Assembly: GCA_963701025.1 (NCBI GenBank)
Contig: OY969557.1
Location: forward strand, 506,042 to 570,041
Reading direction: 5' to 3'
From: an uncultured bacterium
Lineage (GTDB): Bacteria > Patescibacteriota > Minisyncoccia > Phycocordibacterales > PALSA-1337
Length of the DNA: 64,000 nt
The notes beneath the pieces were generated by a model. It searched no databases. It had not been told where the DNA came from and saw only the letters and a program-made list of their open reading frames with translations. The position numbers were made by a program, and so were the translations under genes. Shown here piece by piece: positions 34,909-44,264 of the stretch. How positions within the stretch are numbered: the first letter of the stretch is position 1; each line of letters opens with the position of its first letter.

Positions 34909-35505
34909 ATGAAAACATTCGCCCCAAAAAATTTCAATATCCCGGCCCTCAAGGGCATCTCAGCCAAGACTATCGAGGAGCACTTGAAGCTCTATCAAGG
35001 CTACGTCAAGAACGCCAACGGAGTCCACGACATGCTCGTCAAATTCATGGCCGATCCTGCTGGTAACGCCTATGTCATAGGCGAGCTTCATCGGCGCTTC
35101 AGCTTTGAATACAACGGCATGAGGAATCACGAGGTCTACTTCGCCGCGCTCGAAGGCGGAGCCAAACCGTTGGCATCCGGAAGCGCGCTTAAAAAAGCCA
35201 TCGAGGCCGAAGCAGGCTCTTTCGACGGCTTCCTGGGAGCTTTCAAGGATCTGGCCCTTACTCGCGGCATCGGTTGGGCCGTACTCTGGTGGGACCGCAA
35301 AGACGAGCGTCTGCTCGCTTCATGGATAGACGAACAACATCTGGGCGAGCTCAATGATTGCGCCATGATCCTCGCCATCGACATGTGGGAGCATTCTTAT
35401 GTCGCCGACTACCAGCCGTCGGGCAAGAAGCAGTATGTCGAAGATTTTCTGGCGAACGTAAACTGGGAAGTGGTGGAGGGGAATTTTAGGGAGACGCAGG
35501 CGTAG
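34909..35505 (+). CDS. Fe/Mn superoxide dismutase family protein
   Basis: EEHLKLYQGYV, GMRNHEVYF, GIGWAVL and DMWEHSY ligand motifs. Confidence 0.92.
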   Translation: MKTFAPKNFNIPALKGISAKTIEEHLKLYQGYVKNANGVHDMLVKFMADPAGNAYVIGELHRRFSFEYNGMRNHEVYFAALEGGAKPLASGSALKKAIEAEAGSFDGFLGAFKDLALTRGIGWAVLWWDRKDERLLASWIDEQHLGELNDCAMILAIDMWEHSYVADYQPSGKKQYVEDFLANVNWEVVEGNFRETQA

Positions 35506-35506
35506 T

Positions 35507-36922
35507 TTAAATCTTGTTAGGCACCCACGTTTTTTCAACAGCTGTTCGTCTTCCCCTCCTCTTCACCAGCACAAACCCGATCAAAAACACCGCGTAAAAA
35601 CCCGCCACCCACCATCCGGAGAAAGCCGGCAGATATACCGCAGCGAACGGCAATCTGGCAAAATGTTCGACTATGAAAAGCTCGTAGGATAGAAGCAGAT
35701 GCGCGCCCCAACCCATGACTTGCGAGGCGAGCGCGGATACAAATCCCGCGGCGCCGGTCAGAAAGACGGCGAGCATCGTTATGGGGACTAGGGGCAATAC
35801 GAGCATATTTGCCGCTACTCCGATGATGGAGAGCTGACCCATAATGTAGAGAATGAAAGGCGAGACGAATATCTGGGTGGAGACCGTGGCGGCGATGATG
35901 CCGCGGACGCCGAATGCGTCAGGGATGAAAGCCAGTCGCTCTTCTATGGGTTTCGCCAATATGATGAGCCCGAAGGTGGCAAGGAACGACAATTGGAATG
36001 AGGCGTCATATAGCAATATCATCGGATTCTGGATGAGCATGACCAGTCCGGCGAAAGACAGCGACCTTATGATGCTGTAGTCTCGGCGCATGAGATCGGC
36101 AGAAAGCGCTATGCCTGACATAAAACAGGAACGCACGACCGTGGCTCCGCCGCCGACCAGGATACCGAAAAGGACTATGCCCAAAGCGCCTATGGCGATA
36201 CCCCAAACCCGTGGCAGGAATGAGAGCAGACGGCGCATAGCCACCGCCACGATGGTTATGTTAAAACCGGACAAGACGACGATGTGGATCAAGCCGACTG
36301 TGCGGAAATCATTGAGCAGGTCCGTGCCCAGAGCGGCCTTTTCGCCCACGACCAGTCCCGCCGCCAAGGCCGAGTGCGGTTCGCCGAGAGCGCCGTTCAG
36401 ATTGTCCACAAAAGCGCGCTTGATCTTGAGCAGGAAGGACGTGATAGATTGGCCCTTATCGGCTTCGGCCAAAGATACCGTTGAGCTCTTCATCTCATAG
36501 AAGATGTCGTCCTTGGCCAGATAATTCCGGTAATCGAACGGCCTGCCACTGCCGCTGGCGAAATTGACCGGCGCAAGCAATTTCCCCGAAAATGATACGG
36601 TCTCCCCGTAATGGAACCTCGGATAGAGCTTGGTCTTCATGCGTACGAGCATGCCGCTGGGACATTCAGTGGCGCTTGCCGGAGAAGTCCCTGGAGAAGT
36701 GCCGCTAGTCGAAATATTCTGCGGCGACAATTTTTCAGCCTCTACGATCAAGATCTGGCCTGTGTCGGTGAATGACGGATCTTGAGTGATCGTGCCGGTG
36801 CCGCGTATCTGTTGTTTCAGGCATGAGCCCATATCTGGCGGATGTATGCCAAACGAAAAAATCAGACGGATGAGAGCCGCTCCGCCGAAAATCGTCCAGA
36901 AGATAAAGACTCTCCGGTTCAT
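35507..36922 (-). CDS. comEC: ComEC competence channel (DUF4131 + Competence domain)
   Basis: FDYRNYL, GLVVGEK, GLIHIVVLSGFNI, ATVVRS, SFQLSFLAT, many TM helices. Confidence 0.93.
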   Translation of the reverse strand: MNRRVFIFWTIFGGAALIRLIFSFGIHPPDMGSCLKQQIRGTGTITQDPSFTDTGQILIVEAEKLSPQNISTSGTSPGTSPASATECPSGMLVRMKTKLYPRFHYGETVSFSGKLLAPVNFASGSGRPFDYRNYLAKDDIFYEMKSSTVSLAEADKGQSITSFLLKIKRAFVDNLNGALGEPHSALAAGLVVGEKAALGTDLLNDFRTVGLIHIVVLSGFNITIVAVAMRRLLSFLPRVWGIAIGALGIVLFGILVGGGATVVRSCFMSGIALSADLMRRDYSIIRSLSFAGLVMLIQNPMILLYDASFQLSFLATFGLIILAKPIEERLAFIPDAFGVRGIIAATVSTQIFVSPFILYIMGQLSIIGVAANMLVLPLVPITMLAVFLTGAAGFVSALASQVMGWGAHLLLSYELFIVEHFARLPFAAVYLPAFSGWWVAGFYAVFLIGFVLVKRRGRRTAVEKTWVPNKI

Positions 36923-36944
36923 GGAGGGCCATTGTACTCGTCCA

Positions 36945-37010
36945 AGATAAAGGAACGCTCAAGAAAGCCTCAAGAAACGATGAAGATCCGCTCAAATTTC
37001 ACTGAAGATC
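36945..37010 (-). promoter_or_regulatory. 6 x 11-bp tandem operator-like array, copy 3
   Basis: Minus strand: GATCTTCAGTG AAATTTGAGCG GATCTTCATCG TTTCTTGAGGC TTTCTTGAGCG TTCCTTTATCT, then 8 nt, then -10 TACAAT. Confidence 0.8.
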
Positions 37011-37031
37011 TGCTTGCTTGCCTATAATCGG

Positions 37032-37864
37032 CTAGAATGCGCCGAATTCATCGATTATTCTCTGCTCGTCTTCGAGATCGACCGACTTTTTATGCTTGGC
37101 GCCTTTAATTCCCTTGACCCGTTTCTCGCATTCCGGCCATGAATGATGGACTTCGATGACGCCACCGACCATGCTCACGTATGAATACGCTTTGGTCCGC
37201 CGGCTGGCTGACGAGCGAGAGGAAGCCGACTTCTTTTTCTCCAAGTCGGCCTCGTTGTGCGAGATGTCCAATATATCCGGCAAGTCATAGCCGCCGATAG
37301 CGTACCTTTATACAAGGCAATCTTCCTTCCGTCGGCAAAAGCCGTGGCGATGTGATCGCACCTCTCATTGCCTAGAATCCCGATGTGACCGCCGACATAT
37401 TTCCACTCGATGTTTCCGCCGGATGATTTGACGGCGCCGGCGACATCATCCAGTTTTTTCCAAAGGTCTGCGTTCAATACGCTTTTCCTCGCCTTGGTCT
37501 TCCAGCCATTCTTCTTCCAAGAGTGAATCCACCTCGTTATTCCGTTGATGACGTAAGAGGAGTCTATGTAGAGGATGATTCGTACGCCCTTTGATTCTTT
37601 GCCTTGTAACTCGCATAGCGCGTGTGTCGCCGCCATGAGCTCCATCCTATTATTCGTCGTGTCTTTTTCGCCACCGCCAAACTCTGTAACCTTCGCGGCC
37701 TTATTTGCGGCCTTGTTTTTATTTTTTCCGACGACCATTCTTCCGCTGGCTGGCGGATTTCCATTTTCAATGACGATCGCTCCCCAGCCGCCTGGACCCG
37801 GGTTTCCGCGAGATGAGCCGTCAGTGAAGATGGTGACGGGATTTTTATTATTCATAGATGTCAT
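37032..37864 (-). CDS. rnhA: ribonuclease HI with a C-terminal viroplasmin-like hybrid-binding domain (apparent frameshift near 37290)
   Basis: FTDGSSRGNPGPGGWG, TTNNRMEL, DSSYVINGI..W, GH.G..GNERCD. Second ORF carries SWPECEKRVKG..GAKHKK. Confidence 0.9.
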
Positions 37865-38105
37865 GGTCTCTTATTTGGTAAAATCTCGCCATGCCTTTGC
37901 CTTCAAACTTGAATATGATGCGAAACTTGAAATTAACAGAGAAAGCATACCGTCCCGCAAGCCTGCCCGACAGTTTATGAGTCTTCAATTCGACATCAAA
38001 AGGGTCCTTTTTGAAAATCGATTCCTTCTCCCCTGTCAAAATCTTTACTGCGCTCGGCAATCTCCTGAATTGCTTGACGAATTTGGAATGAAAAAAGATG
38101 TGCAC
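37848..38105 (-). CDS. RelE/YafQ-family toxin
   Basis: FVKQFRRLP...DPFD.ELKTHKLSG....YAFSVN..FRIIF...HDIY. Confidence 0.85.
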   Translation of the reverse strand: MHIFFHSKFVKQFRRLPSAVKILTGEKESIFKKDPFDVELKTHKLSGRLAGRYAFSVNFKFRIIFKFEGKGMARFYQIRDHDIYE

Positions 38106-38115
38106 GCGTGCAATT

Positions 38116-38334
38116 CTATCTTATATCGCGCACTGAATCAAAATGCTTCCAATTCTTTCCTTGCTTGAAATCTTTGTCCGCCCTATCTAACTCCATCGCC
38201 AACCTCTCGGTATTCCACATCCTCAAAATATGCCGGAAGAACTCGCTCGTTGAAGCGAAGCGGCCGGCCTTGACCTCCTTTTTGACTTCAGCGGCCAGAG
38301 AAGCGGGTAACGATATGTTGATGACGGAGCGCAT
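38116..38334 (-). CDS. ribbon-helix-helix (ParD/CopG-like) antitoxin
   Basis: INISLP..L...V......FASTSEFFRHILR. Palindrome TTGTAATA-N5-TATTACAA (38350-38370) lies upstream. Confidence 0.85.
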   Translation of the reverse strand: MRSVINISLPASLAAEVKKEVKAGRFASTSEFFRHILRMWNTERLAMELDRADKDFKQGKNWKHFDSVRDIR

Positions 38335-38394
38335 AATGGTGTGTATTATTTGTAATATATTGTATTACAAGCATAGCAAAAGGGTTTTTTATTG

Positions 38395-40212
38395 TCAATC
38401 AATTACGTCTACGACTCGAAGACGCAATTCCGTCCTCCCCCGGAACATGGACTTCTCGACGGACGCGATCAGATCGACAGGCTTATTCACCTCGACTTTT
38501 TTGGCCCATTTATTCTCCACGCCGAAGAACGAGATGGCGGGGATCTTAACGCCGTTAGATTTCTTGAACATAAGCTCGATATGCTCGCTCCCCTTGCCAA
38601 ACCGACGTACAGCTATGGGCGCAACCCCTTTAAAAAGAAAGACCGGCTTGGCATTACCGAAGCCGAACGGCGCAAGCTGATTGATGTCTTTTTGGAGGTT
38701 CCAATCAACGTCATTTATCGAAAGTTCCAAATCTATCATGTCGTCATCCGTCTGACCATTCGAATCTTTGATTTCGGATTTCGTGCCTAGGATCTCGTGC
38801 TCCAGATTTCGGATCTTCTCCTGCGCCTCATTCATATGCTTCTCCAGGAAATGGACCGAATCGTTGGCCACGGCGAACCCTCCGGAATATCGGTGACCGC
38901 CGAATTGGGTGAGCACCCCCGCGGGCACGGCGCGCATGATCTCGACGACATTGGACCGGCCTTCGGAACGGCATGAACCCTTGATGGCATTGTCGCCGTC
39001 GCGGCCCCAGAGGAAGACCGGCCGGCTGAACTCTCCGGCGCAGGCATTGGCCACCAAGCCCAAGAGCGACGGACGCCAGTCCGGGTTGCCCAAGACGATA
39101 ACCGATGGAAATGAAGCGGCGTCGTGTCCGTGCCGGCCGTGCAGTGTCTTCTTCACTTCCTTGACCAGCGACGCGACCATGCCCTTGCGTTCATCGTTGA
39201 CGGCGTCGAGGCGGTCGGCGAATATCCGCGCGTCGGCGTCGTTGTCAGCCGTAAGCAGACTGAAGGCGTCCATGGGCGCGCCCATGCGCGAGGCGGCATT
39301 GATGCGCGGCGTCACCATGAATGCGACATCGTCTTCGGTCAGGTGCCGCTGGGCTATCTTCAATTTTTCAAGCAGACGGACCAATCCTTTGCGCGGGCTT
39401 TTACGCAGGACTTCGAGGCCGTAATAGGCGAAAACGCGATTCTCGCCGACGAGAGGCACCATGTCGGACAAGGTGGCCAGCCCTACCATGTCCAGAAGCC
39501 ATTTTTCATGACCATCCTTGAGGCCGAGATCTATACCGAGTATTTTTGCTTTTTTCAGGACGGCCTGGATGAGCTTGAAAGCCACGCCGGCGCCGCAGAT
39601 ATCCTTGTCCGTATAGGCGCAATCGGTTTGCTTGTGATCCACGATGGCGAAAGCCGGAGGCAGTCCTCCGCCAGTCGCTCCGCCAGCTGGCGGATGATGG
39701 AGCAGAGGCGGCTCGTGATGGTCGGTGATGATGACGTCCATTTTCAATGCATTGGCGCGCTCTACCGGCGTCACATCGGATATGCCGCAGTCAACGGTTA
39801 TGATCAGATTTACCTTTTCACCGGCCAATTGCTCGATGGCCTCGACATTCAGGCCGAAACCTTCGTCGTGGCGGTGCGGGATGTATATGGAAAAGTCCTT
39901 GAAGCCGATCCGAGTGAAAAAGTCATGCCAGATGACCGCCCCCGGTATGCCGTCGGCGTCATAGTCCGCGTAAATGGCTATGCGTTCGTCGTCGCGGATA
40001 GCTTTTATGACGCGACTGGCGCTCTTTTCCGCGTCTTTCAACAAAAACGGGTCATGAGTGTCGCGAATATAGTCCGGCGCGAGGAACTTCTTGGCCGTCT
40101 CCGCGTCTTTTAGCCCTCTATGATGCATGAGATGCGCCAGCAGAGGCGAGAAGCCGGCCAGTCTGGCTTGCTCGTCGTTGGAAAGAGGCCGGCGGATGGA
40201 ATATGCGGACAT
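38395..40212 (-). CDS. recJ: single-stranded-DNA exonuclease RecJ
   Basis: DYDADG, TVDCG, TDHH, DMVPL, PRINAASRM, GSCRS, GGH. Start at ATG 40212 after TATACT. Confidence 0.95.
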   Translation of the reverse strand: MSAYSIRRPLSNDEQARLAGFSPLLAHLMHHRGLKDAETAKKFLAPDYIRDTHDPFLLKDAEKSASRVIKAIRDDERIAIYADYDADGIPGAVIWHDFFTRIGFKDFSIYIPHRHDEGFGLNVEAIEQLAGEKVNLIITVDCGISDVTPVERANALKMDVIITDHHEPPLLHHPPAGGATGGGLPPAFAIVDHKQTDCAYTDKDICGAGVAFKLIQAVLKKAKILGIDLGLKDGHEKWLLDMVGLATLSDMVPLVGENRVFAYYGLEVLRKSPRKGLVRLLEKLKIAQRHLTEDDVAFMVTPRINAASRMGAPMDAFSLLTADNDADARIFADRLDAVNDERKGMVASLVKEVKKTLHGRHGHDAASFPSVIVLGNPDWRPSLLGLVANACAGEFSRPVFLWGRDGDNAIKGSCRSEGRSNVVEIMRAVPAGVLTQFGGHRYSGGFAVANDSVHFLEKHMNEAQEKIRNLEHEILGTKSEIKDSNGQTDDDMIDLELSINDVDWNLQKDINQLAPFGFGNAKPVFLFKGVAPIAVRRFGKGSEHIELMFKKSNGVKIPAISFFGVENKWAKKVEVNKPVDLIASVEKSMFRGRTELRLRVVDVID

Positions 40213-40278
40213 GGACAAAGTATAGCAGGAGATTCGGGTCAAATGGTGGAAATGAGCCGATTGGGTTAAAATATTTCC

Positions 40279-40689
40279 ATGAAAGACTGTATCTTCTGCA
40301 AGATAGTCAAAAAGGAGATACCGGCGAATATAGTCTATGAGGATAGCACCGCTTTGGCTGTGTTGGATATACATCCGTCAGCGCCGGGCCATACCATGGT
40401 CATACCGAAGAAACACGGTTTTTCGATATTGGATTATTCCAGCAAAGAGCTAGGCGCGCTCATGGACACGGTCAAGAAAATGGCGGAGGCATTGGAAGAG
40501 ACCTTGCAATGCGATGCCATAACCATTGGCATCAATCACAAGGAGAAAAAAGGCGTTCCGCACCTGCACATACACTTGATCCCGCGCCGTGACGATGACG
40601 GTGGCCAACCTATCCAAGGAGTAGTCGATAAAGACGGTGAGAAAAGTATCGGCGAAATGGCCGACAAGATCATCTCGATCTTGCGTTGA
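40279..40689 (+). CDS. HIT family hydrolase
   Basis: DCIFCKI, GHTMVIPKKH, VPHLHIHLIPR. Confidence 0.95.
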   Translation: MKDCIFCKIVKKEIPANIVYEDSTALAVLDIHPSAPGHTMVIPKKHGFSILDYSSKELGALMDTVKKMAEALEETLQCDAITIGINHKEKKGVPHLHIHLIPRRDDDGGQPIQGVVDKDGEKSIGEMADKIISILR

Positions 40690-41845
40690 GCGCCTCGATC
40701 CCAGGCAAGGTGCCCTGGGCCAGGAAATCCAACATCGCTCCGCCGCCGGTTGAAACGAAGGTGAACCGGTCTTCGATGCCGAGCCGCGATATGGCCGATA
40801 ATGTGTCTCCGCCGCCGACTATCGAGCGCACATTTTTATCTGAAACAGTCCTATCAGCAATATTTTTCGCCAATGCCTCTGTTCCTTCAATAAATCCTCT
40901 CTCGAACAAACCAAGTGGACCGTTCCAGAGAATGAACCGCGCCGCGTCTATCTTTTCCTTGAGCGCCGAAAGCGTCTTCGGGCCGGAGTCGAGGATAGTA
41001 TCGCTCGTGCCCATGGCATCTACGCTCTTTTCCGAATGATCCTGGATGATGGCGTCGACCGGGATCATGATGTTCGGCTGGCCGATCGCATCGGAAATAT
41101 CGTCGGTGCCGTCGGAGATCTTGGACATGCCGATCTCATGGCCTTGAGCTTTCAAAGCGTCATTGGCCAAAGCACCGCCGATGAAGACCGTGTCGGCGGT
41201 CTTGGTGAATTTCTTGATGAGAGGCAATTTCGTGTCGAACTTCGCCCCGCCTAGCACGAAGACGAACGGATGAGACGGGTTGAAGGCGGCGCTCAATTGC
41301 TTGACCTCTTCTTCGAACTGAAGGCCGGCATAACTGGGAAGAAATCGCGTGATAGCACAGACGGAAGCGTGCTCGCGATGCGAAACAGAGAAGGCGTCAT
41401 TGACGTATATATCCCCGAGCGAGGCTAGCTGTTCCGCGAATTTCGCGTCATTCTCCTTTTCGCCGGGATTTTCCCGGATATTTTCCAGAAGGATCATCTC
41501 ACCGTCTTTCAAAGACTCGGCCGCTCCAAAAGCGGAGGAAAGATTCTTGATGAATGTCACCGGCAGGCCTTTTTTCTTCAAGTAATCGGCGACCTGAGTC
41601 AGAGTCGGCTTTTTAGCCAAAGGATTTTTCGTTTCCACCAAACCTTCGGCGACTTCGATGTGACTGATGAGGATCAGCCGCGCGCCCTTCTTGCGCAGAA
41701 AATCGATAGTCGGCAGAGCTTTGCGGATGCGAAAGTCATCTTTGATAGCGCCATTTTCCATCGGCACATTGAAATCAACGCGCACTAGAGTCTTGACGCC
41801 TGAAAGATGCTGTATGTCGGCGAGCGTCTTCATGATTTGTGGCAT
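40670..41845 (-). CDS. pgk: phosphoglycerate kinase
   Basis: VRVDFNVP, LLENIR, YVNDAFSVSHR.HAS, GGAK, WNGPLG, GGGDT, STGGGA. Confidence 0.97.
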   Translation of the reverse strand: MPQIMKTLADIQHLSGVKTLVRVDFNVPMENGAIKDDFRIRKALPTIDFLRKKGARLILISHIEVAEGLVETKNPLAKKPTLTQVADYLKKKGLPVTFIKNLSSAFGAAESLKDGEMILLENIRENPGEKENDAKFAEQLASLGDIYVNDAFSVSHREHASVCAITRFLPSYAGLQFEEEVKQLSAAFNPSHPFVFVLGGAKFDTKLPLIKKFTKTADTVFIGGALANDALKAQGHEIGMSKISDGTDDISDAIGQPNIMIPVDAIIQDHSEKSVDAMGTSDTILDSGPKTLSALKEKIDAARFILWNGPLGLFERGFIEGTEALAKNIADRTVSDKNVRSIVGGGDTLSAISRLGIEDRFTFVSTGGGAMLDFLAQGTLPGIEALNARSR

Positions 41846-41869
41846 TCGGGTAACATTCGTATATTCGTA

Positions 41870-42628
41870 TTACGCCTTATCCACCGCTTTCAGCAATTCG
41901 ACGAAGCCGGGCGTATTGACGCTCTCGCGGCCGACGAGCAGGCCGTCGACTCCTCCGACGGTCATTATGTCCGGAGCGTTCCGATGCGTGACCGAACCGC
42001 CATAGAGGACTTTGGCCTTGAGGCCGGCGTCCGAGCCGAAAATATCGGCGAATATCTTTTTCACGAAAATGGACATCTCGCGTACATCTTGCGGCCGCAT
42101 GGCCTCTTTGGCTCCGATAGCCCAGACCGGCTCGTATGCCAAGACGATGCGGCCGGCTGATTTCGCCGGTACATTCGCGAAGGTATTCTTGATCTGGCTT
42201 CTCAACGCATCGAGATACGAGCCGTTCTCATCGCGAACGGTTTCGCCGACGCAGACGATAGGAATCAACCGAGCATCGAGGACCGCTTTCAGCCTTCGCG
42301 AGACCGTCTCGTCGCTGTCGCCCGCCTTCCGTTCCTCGGAATGGCCGACGATGACGTATTCGACGCCGGCATCACGGAGCATGACGGCGCTCACTTCTCC
42401 GGTATGGGCTCCGCTTTCTTCATATGAGACCGATTGCGCTGCCATATGGAAATTCTTGGCCGGCTTTCGCGGCGAACAAGGGACGATGAAGGGAAACGGC
42501 GGAGCGATGACGACCTCGGTGCCCCTCAAATCCGACGCCGCGCGCCTGACCTTGCGGGCGATCTTCCTGGCCTCGTCCAGAGTGCCGGGATTCATCTTCC
42601 AATTGCCGACGACGAGTTTTTTAGACAT
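41870..42628 (-). CDS. tpiA: triosephosphate isomerase
   Basis: GNWKMN, GAHTGEVS, GHSEER, AYEPVWAIG, YGGSV. Confidence 0.97.
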   Translation of the reverse strand: MSKKLVVGNWKMNPGTLDEARKIARKVRRAASDLRGTEVVIAPPFPFIVPCSPRKPAKNFHMAAQSVSYEESGAHTGEVSAVMLRDAGVEYVIVGHSEERKAGDSDETVSRRLKAVLDARLIPIVCVGETVRDENGSYLDALRSQIKNTFANVPAKSAGRIVLAYEPVWAIGAKEAMRPQDVREMSIFVKKIFADIFGSDAGLKAKVLYGGSVTHRNAPDIMTVGGVDGLLVGRESVNTPGFVELLKAVDKA

Positions 42629-42692
42629 GGACATAGTATAACAGGAGCTTTAATACCGCGACATGGTGCTCTACGCGAAGATCAAGCGGAAA

Positions 42693-44264
42693 TCACTGTA
42701 GCTGTTGCCAAGAAATGACTTGATATTGAGTTGTCGCTTGGGGGAATGAGGGCGGCGGGCCGTAAAGAAGATTCCCATCATAATTGATAGTGCGTGTTTG
42801 GTAACCACTCACAAGAGTCCCATTTGAATCTTCCCAAGCAAAGCCATATCTAACGGCAGTAGCAATCATCCCATAAAGGGTGAGTGAGGTGCGTTTGTAT
42901 AAGGATGAGCCGCAACTTTGGGCGTAATAAAATCTCCCCACGCGGCCATTCTCCGCCACCAACGCGCCGTCAATTTCATAATTATCGTCACTTACCAGTC
43001 CGGAATTAACATTGCCTTGTGATATCAAGCCTATGACATCAGTGCCATCGGCATGCGTGTATTTCAGATTCGTATTTATAGTGACGTTCGTATAATTATT
43101 TCCGCTTGTTGCGCCGATATTGGCGGATACGACTGTCACGCGAGCATTGCTGACAATGCCGTCAACCCAAACATTATCGTTAACAAAAAGAACGTCCTTG
43201 GCCGGAATCGACCATGAACCATCGGTATTTGGGCCGACGATCTTGGTTTCCGAGGCGCCAGTTTGATTAGAACCGACAAGATTATTGATGCTCCATGTTC
43301 CCCAATTGGTTCCTGTGTTCCACAACGTCTGACTCTGCGCCGTGCTATCGCTCCCACAGTTGCCCGGCGCAGATTGGAGCGCTGTGACCTTATACATGTT
43401 ATACGTCGTTATGCTATTCAAGACTTCAAAGACGATATGGTATCCGTAAGCACCCGACGCTGCCCAGCACGGTGAGGACCCGGAGGTTGAACATGGGCTA
43501 CCACCATTATTTGTGGCGATGTTTTGTAGGCTGGTTAAGCTCGCCGTCAAACTACTAAAATCAAAAGCGGGCACGGAAACCTGTCTCCCTGACGCAAAAA
43601 TGTCTAACCTTGTCGGGAGCGTCGTCGGTGAGGCAGGATCACCGTTGGGATAGGTAGTAGTGGCAACACATGTATGCACAGCCCATGAATTCGCAGTCGT
43701 ACATGATGAAGAATCTGGATCTGTATATGTCGTCAATGCGCTAGAAACGAGATTATGGGCGACTCCGTCAAAATGGATGCCTTTATTGGATTGAACGGGC
43801 CCATTGACAGTGGTACCGGAACCAAAATTCATATTATCATCCGCAATGACAGCGAATTTTGCCAATGACGGTATGGCGAGAGATTCCTGAACTTTACGAG
43901 TAATCGTGGACGAGGCGAGCGTGCCGACAGAAAGTATCTTGACAACAGTCGACCCCGTGAGCGGCGGGGTAATGGTCAAAGAATAGGTACCTAGCAAATC
44001 TCCGTCGCGATTATAGAAATAATGAACGTAGGGTCCGGAAGTTGTCGTCCCGTCTTTGTAGTCGTTTGGTGATTGTGCCAGATGCCACTGGTAATAATCC
44101 ACGCCGACTTCGGCTATCTGGAGGGCCTGTTCTCTGGCCGCCACGGTACGAATGCCGGTGAGCATGGCCGCACCCCAGTTGGTGAGACCGGTGATGATGG
44201 TGACCGCTATTGCGGCAAAAACGATGACACTCAATAATATATCTCCTCTATTTTTATTAGTCAT
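42693..44264 (-). CDS. PilX-like minor pilin / pilus tip protein
   Basis: RG|DILLSVIVF hydrophobic N-terminus, ALQIAEVGVDYY.W.L, C-terminal YDGNLLYGPPPSFP. Last gene of the pil cluster. Confidence 0.75.
   Translation of the reverse strand: MTNKNRGDILLSVIVFAAIAVTIITGLTNWGAAMLTGIRTVAAREQALQIAEVGVDYYQWHLAQSPNDYKDGTTTSGPYVHYFYNRDGDLLGTYSLTITPPLTGSTVVKILSVGTLASSTITRKVQESLAIPSLAKFAVIADDNMNFGSGTTVNGPVQSNKGIHFDGVAHNLVSSALTTYTDPDSSSCTTANSWAVHTCVATTTYPNGDPASPTTLPTRLDIFASGRQVSVPAFDFSSLTASLTSLQNIATNNGGSPCSTSGSSPCWAASGAYGYHIVFEVLNSITTYNMYKVTALQSAPGNCGSDSTAQSQTLWNTGTNWGTWSINNLVGSNQTGASETKIVGPNTDGSWSIPAKDVLFVNDNVWVDGIVSNARVTVVSANIGATSGNNYTNVTINTNLKYTHADGTDVIGLISQGNVNSGLVSDDNYEIDGALVAENGRVGRFYYAQSCGSSLYKRTSLTLYGMIATAVRYGFAWEDSNGTLVSGYQTRTINYDGNLLYGPPPSFPQATTQYQVISWQQLQ

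Noticed and set aside
40213-40374. N-terminal extension of RecJ overlapping the HIT gene
   Set aside because: Divergent -10 boxes place the starts at 40212 and 40279, so there is no overlap.
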